From assembly GCA_002170245.2 (NCBI GenBank), contig NHFN02000017.1, positions 153,461-217,460 of the forward strand: a DNA stretch of 64,000 nt, read 5' to 3'. Position 1 is the stretch's first letter. Each line of letters opens with the position of its first letter. Shown one piece after another: positions 59,868-64,000 of the stretch. The notes beneath the pieces were generated by a model. The model made no database searches. It was not told the origin of the DNA and worked only from the letters and a program-made list of their open reading frames with translations. The position numbers and the translations under genes were made by a program. The DNA comes from Gammaproteobacteria bacterium TMED112 (GTDB lineage Bacteria; Pseudomonadota; Gammaproteobacteria; Magnimaribacterales; TMED112).

Positions 59868-60850
59868 TAATTTTCCCCTTTTTTTAAATTATGTAGATAA
59901 GGATACCATTCATTTTTGAGTGGGTGAAACCATGAAAACATAATTTCATGAATTTTATGTCTATCCTTTTCATTTATTTTTTTCTTGGAATTGGGATTAA
60001 GCAGATGTATTAAGTCTAAAAATCTTTCATCAACTCCATGCCTTAGAAGTATTGTATTGAAAGAATCTTTCTTTCCATCCTTAAAAGCACCAAATAATTC
60101 GACCAACAATTTATCTGTTCTCGGCATTCCAGTTAAATTTATTAAATAACAATTTTTTGAAGTAAAAAATTTATAGCTTAAATGATCACAAAAAGATAAG
60201 TTGATATTTTTTGGACATGAGTCAACTGTAAAGTAGTTATCCCATATATAAATATTTTTATTTTCGAAATCAGATAAAGAGGATTGACAGTTTTCGTTCA
60301 TTTCTAAACTAATTACTTTGTCTCCTGTCCAAAAGAAATTATTCGATTTTGGGAAATACTTAATAAAGTCATTGAAATATTCATTATGCTTTTTATTTTT
60401 ATCAATTAATTCAGTGGCATACACAGTAGGGCAAAAGTCAAAAGAAAGCTCAGAGAAACTAGTTGTGACATCATTAAACATCTGTAATTGTTTTTGAAGA
60501 CAAAAGCCTTCTTCAATATCATCAAAAAGTATAGAAAAAGACTCGACTCCATGTTCTGAAAAAATTTTAATTTTTTCTTTTAGGTCAGTTAGGTGCCCTG
60601 TTTTTACGGGTGCAAGCCCAACACCAATATCTACTGAAAGATCATTTGAAAAATTAACAAAACTTTGAAAATCTGAAAGCCACTCCTTTGTATATTCTAT
60701 ATCTAGATGAGAGCGTAAAAACGGGTCTTCTTTTGGTGCATAAAGATAAAAATTAAAATTATTTTTATTTAAGCTTTCAATAATTTTTTTTCTGTCATCA
60801 AATTTTGATATTTCCCCATAGTAACCCTCAACAACACCAATTCTTTTCAT
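59867..60850 (-). CDS. GH84 beta-N-acetylglucosaminidase (O-GlcNAcase-like) catalytic domain, no signal peptide
   Basis: GVVEGYYG, YLYAPKEDP, LFDDI (catalytic DD), FCPTVY, WTG..V, WDNY. Confidence 0.82.
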   Translation of the reverse strand: MKRIGVVEGYYGEISKFDDRKKIIESLNKNNFNFYLYAPKEDPFLRSHLDIEYTKEWLSDFQSFVNFSNDLSVDIGVGLAPVKTGHLTDLKEKIKIFSEHGVESFSILFDDIEEGFCLQKQLQMFNDVTTSFSELSFDFCPTVYATELIDKNKKHNEYFNDFIKYFPKSNNFFWTGDKVISLEMNENCQSSLSDFENKNIYIWDNYFTVDSCPKNINLSFCDHLSYKFFTSKNCYLINLTGMPRTDKLLVELFGAFKDGKKDSFNTILLRHGVDERFLDLIHLLNPNSKKKINEKDRHKIHEIMFSWFHPLKNEWYPYLHNLKKGEN

Positions 60851-60853
60851 ATT

Positions 60854-61645
60854 TTATCTATGTCCAATAATGAATCTATTTATATCTTTTAAGTCTTTTA
60901 TTAATTCTATCTTTTTAAAACCTTCTTTGATCATTTTTTCTTGTAAATAATTTTCTTGGCCAATTCCATGCTCCAGCATTAATACACCATTCATTTGCAA
61001 ATAATTTATCGAATAAGTGATAATTTTTGATAAATCAGCTAAACCTTGATTTTCTGAATACAAAGCGATCAGTGGTTCAAAACTAACGCTTTCATCCAAG
61101 TTTAAACTTTTTGCTATGTAGGGAGGGTTTGAAACAATTAAATCATACTTCTGATTTACATTAGAGAACCAGTTTGAGGTGAAGAAATTAACATGATTTT
61201 CCGTCTGAGAATTATTCTTTTTGGCTAATTCTATAGCTTTTGCAGATATATCTACGCCAGTTATCTTAGCTGTTTGTAATTTTTTTGAAAGCTCAACTGC
61301 AATACAACCTGAACCCGTACCGAGATCTAGGATATTCTTTTTATCTTTAAATTTACTAGTTACGTAATCTACAAGTATTTCAGTTTCAGGCCTTGGAATT
61401 AAAACGTTTTCATTTATGAAATATTCACCTTCATAGAAAGACCACTTTTTGAGTATGTATTGGATTGGAATTTTTTTTTCTATCTTATCCAGTACATCAC
61501 CAATATTATGTATAGGTAAATTAAGACCTTTTATTAAAAACTTGAGGCCCTCTGCATAAGAGTTTTGATAAACCGAGTGCCAGGTATTTTGAAGAAGTCT
61601 TATTTGTTCATTATCCGTCTTGAATTTCAAGTAGTTTCTCTGCAT
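60854..61645 (-). CDS. prmC: Release factor glutamine methyltransferase
   Basis: [21 protein letters not shown]. Confidence 0.95.
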   Translation of the reverse strand: MQRNYLKFKTDNEQIRLLQNTWHSVYQNSYAEGLKFLIKGLNLPIHNIGDVLDKIEKKIPIQYILKKWSFYEGEYFINENVLIPRPETEILVDYVTSKFKDKKNILDLGTGSGCIAVELSKKLQTAKITGVDISAKAIELAKKNNSQTENHVNFFTSNWFSNVNQKYDLIVSNPPYIAKSLNLDESVSFEPLIALYSENQGLADLSKIITYSINYLQMNGVLMLEHGIGQENYLQEKMIKEGFKKIELIKDLKDINRFIIGHR

Positions 61646-62690
61646 TGCTCTGTGCTTTTAACGAATCTAACATTTCATCAATATCACCATCAAGGAAATT
61701 TTCGATATTATGAATAGTTAACTTTAGTCTGTGATCAGTTACTCTTCCTTGAGGAAAATTATAAGTTCTTATTTTTTCACTTCTATCGCCAGTGCCTACT
61801 AAAGATTTTCTCTCAGTTGCCTCTTTCTGTTCAATTTTTTGTTTTTCTACGTCATAAATTTTTGCAGATAATAGTGCCATAGCTTTTGCTTTATTTTTAT
61901 GTTGGCTTCTATCTTCTTGGCATTCGACAACTATTCCACTAGGTTCATGAGTTAATCGAACAGCTGAGTCTGTTTTATTAACATGTTGGCCACCAGCTCC
62001 TGAAGCTCTATAAGTGTCTACTCTTATCTCAGACATATCAAGATCTTTCTCTTCTATATCATCTAGTTCTGGCATAATTGCAACAGTTGCTGTTGATGTA
62101 TGTATTCTGCCCTGAGATTCAGTTAATGGAACTCTTTGCACCCGATGAACGCCTGATTCAAATTTTAATTTTCCATATGAATCATTACCTATAATTTTCA
62201 ATACAACTTCTTTGAAGCCTCCAGGCCCTGACATAACTTCTTTAATTTTTTCAGTTCTCCAATTATTTCTCTCAGCATATCTGCTAAACATTCGATATAA
62301 ATCTCCAACAAATATAGCAGCTTCATCTCCTCCAGCTCCCGCTCTTAATTCAAGAAAAGAGTTTCTTGAATCGTCTTTATCCTTAGGTAATAACTGAACC
62401 ATTATTTCGGATTCAAGCACATGAAGTTTTTTTTCACATTCTAATTTCTCTTCTTGAGCTATATCTTTCATTTCTTCATCTTTTAATAGATTTTCTAAAT
62501 CTGAAATAGTTAACTCAATCTTTTGATAGTTAGTCCAGTTTTCAACTACATCTTTAATTTCTGAAAACTCTTTATTTAAAGTAGTTAATTTAGATATATC
62601 GGAAGTAATAGATGGATCAGATAATTTTTGGCTTAGCTCAAGAGCTTTTTTTTGCAAGCTTAATAATGATTTTCTAATGGTATCTTTCAT
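61611..62690 (-). CDS. prfA: Peptide chain release factor 1
   Basis: PLT (PxT) motif, GAGGQHVN. Confidence 0.98.
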   Translation of the reverse strand: MKDTIRKSLLSLQKKALELSQKLSDPSITSDISKLTTLNKEFSEIKDVVENWTNYQKIELTISDLENLLKDEEMKDIAQEEKLECEKKLHVLESEIMVQLLPKDKDDSRNSFLELRAGAGGDEAAIFVGDLYRMFSRYAERNNWRTEKIKEVMSGPGGFKEVVLKIIGNDSYGKLKFESGVHRVQRVPLTESQGRIHTSTATVAIMPELDDIEEKDLDMSEIRVDTYRASGAGGQHVNKTDSAVRLTHEPSGIVVECQEDRSQHKNKAKAMALLSAKIYDVEKQKIEQKEATERKSLVGTGDRSEKIRTYNFPQGRVTDHRLKLTIHNIENFLDGDIDEMLDSLKAQSNAEKLLEIQDG

Positions 62691-62696
62691 AGATAA

Positions 62697-63863
62697 TTAG
62701 CTTCCCCTCTTTTTGCCACCCAACGATTCATCCAGTATTTTTGAAACATGAAATGCATTTTTTGATGCTATCTCATTGGCTAGATCTTTTATTACCTTTT
62801 CTACATTGTTTCCTTCAGCCAGCATTTTGAGTGCATTATCTAGTGCTTTTTGTTTAATGATTGATTGTTCTTCATGAAATCTTTTTTGAACATTATTAAT
62901 ATTTTTTCTATTTCTTAGTTTTGCAAACTCTTGATCACAGTTAATAGAAATAAATTCTTCAGCTTCCTTAACTGCAATTTCTCTTCCTTTTAAATTTTCA
63001 TTAACCATTCCACTAAGCTCATCTAACGTTAAAACATTTAAGTTTAGGGAATGTTTTAATTCTTGAGGTAGATTTCTTGGAATTGCGAGGTCAAAGATCA
63101 GTGAATCATTTTTTGATAAGTGATTTTCATTAAAAAAGGGGGTTTCTGAAGCTGCTGCTACAACTATTATTTCATATTTATTTATATCTTCCTTGACATG
63201 CTCTAATGATTTGGATTGTATACCCTCCAGTATGATATCTGATCTGTTGTAAAGGCTTATTTCATAACCTTTGTTTTTTAATCTTTTAATTAGAGCTTTT
63301 CCAACATCGCCAGCACCAATAACTAAAACTGGCTTCTTCTTGATTTCAAGTATTTTGTTTTCAACTAGCGAGGCTATTGAAAGTGGATTTCTTGATAACT
63401 GAGTTTCTGAGCGTATCTCCTTTGTTAAGTTTATTGCTCTTGAAAATATTACTTCTAATTCAGAATCAAGATAGTTGAATATTTTTGAATTTTTGAACGC
63501 TTTTTTTACTTGTCCAAAAATATCAGGCTCTCCCACTATCATTGAATCAATCCCCGTCATAACTCTCAGCAAATGTTTAAAGGCGTCATTATTTGAAAAT
63601 AAATATTGATCATTTTTTCTTAGATTGATATCTCTACCCGTTAATCTTTCAAGAAATGTGTCAAAATTTTTGATCTCTGTTCTTTTGCAGAATGAATAAA
63701 ATTCAGTTCTGTTGCATGTTGAAAGAAATACACCATTATCAAATGGTGTAATCAACATAAGATTCGCAATAATTTCATCAATCTTTTCTTTATTAAAAGC
63801 AAATTTTTCTCTAACCTCTAGAGAGGTAGATTTATGACTTATGCCCCAACAATGAAATTCCAT
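62697..63863 (-). CDS. hemA: Glutamyl-tRNA reductase
   Basis: STCNRTE, GIDSMIVGE...GQVK, IGAG, DLAIPR. Confidence 0.95.
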   Translation of the reverse strand: MEFHCWGISHKSTSLEVREKFAFNKEKIDEIIANLMLITPFDNGVFLSTCNRTEFYSFCKRTEIKNFDTFLERLTGRDINLRKNDQYLFSNNDAFKHLLRVMTGIDSMIVGEPDIFGQVKKAFKNSKIFNYLDSELEVIFSRAINLTKEIRSETQLSRNPLSIASLVENKILEIKKKPVLVIGAGDVGKALIKRLKNKGYEISLYNRSDIILEGIQSKSLEHVKEDINKYEIIVVAAASETPFFNENHLSKNDSLIFDLAIPRNLPQELKHSLNLNVLTLDELSGMVNENLKGREIAVKEAEEFISINCDQEFAKLRNRKNINNVQKRFHEEQSIIKQKALDNALKMLAEGNNVEKVIKDLANEIASKNAFHVSKILDESLGGKKRGS

Positions 63864-64000
63864 AATTATTTTCCTAAAAATATTCTTTCTTCTATTTTTT
63901 TAATATACATTTTATCTAGCTGTGCAAGTTTAAATACATCTAATCAAACATACAATCTTGAGGGAAAGTTTTCGTATCTTTCAAAGGATTATTCAGCAAT
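63852..64000 (+). CDS. lolB: Lipoprotein, probably LolB, runs off window edge
   Basis: Hand translation from ATG 63852: MKFHNYFPKNILSSIFLIYILSSCASL...LEGKFSY; lipobox LSSC; divergent from hemA as lolB usually is. Confidence 0.6.
   Translation, partial: MKFHNYFPKNILSSIFLIYILSSCASLNTSNQTYNLEGKFSYLSKDYSA

Noticed and set aside
60854-61645. NPPY-motif DNA methyltransferase
   Set aside because: Motifs and hemA-prfA context identify it as the protein methyltransferase PrmC.
1562-62397. Many 60-160 aa ORFs antisense or out of frame to core genes (e.g. 5090-5404, 34882-35295, 45354-45824, 52083-52457, 52649-52897)
   Set aside because: Shadow ORFs lying almost wholly within well-supported genes, with no recognisable motifs.

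Overview
AT-rich (about 30-33% GC by eye), extremely compact core-chromosome segment of a streamlined gammaproteobacterium. Gene content, order and compaction resemble the marine SAR86 group (inference). It holds about 60 CDS plus RNase P RNA: tol-pal, aspS/proS, recA, a 26-gene gap-free minus-strand run (ftsZ-dcw-rpsF/R-rplI-dnaB-alr-pyrG-kdsA-eno-ftsB-ispDF-surE-DUF368), petABC, rplM/rpsI, murA, kdsD-lptAB, mgtE, mreBCD, gatCAB, and hemA-prfA-prmC followed by a hydrolase/acyl-CoA cassette. No CRISPR array, tRNA, IS or prophage was seen. Top observations: (1) the Rieske protein PetA carries an in-frame N-terminal domain resembling a phage-integrase arm-binding domain, and its promoter region is bracketed by repeated TGTTCAAA motifs, suggesting a domesticated membrane-tethered autoregulator; (2) a phage/archaeal-type Hjc-like PD-(D/E)xK resolvase sits exactly where ruvC-ruvA-ruvB normally lie; (3) ftsZ has moved to the head of the dcw cluster in place of mraZ, and rsmH apparently starts at ATT; (4) ProRS has lost its editing domain, fmdB is a stop-riddled pseudogene, several genes look leaderless, and a signal-less GH84 O-GlcNAcase-like gene follows prmC. 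All family calls come from motif recognition by eye, not database searches.
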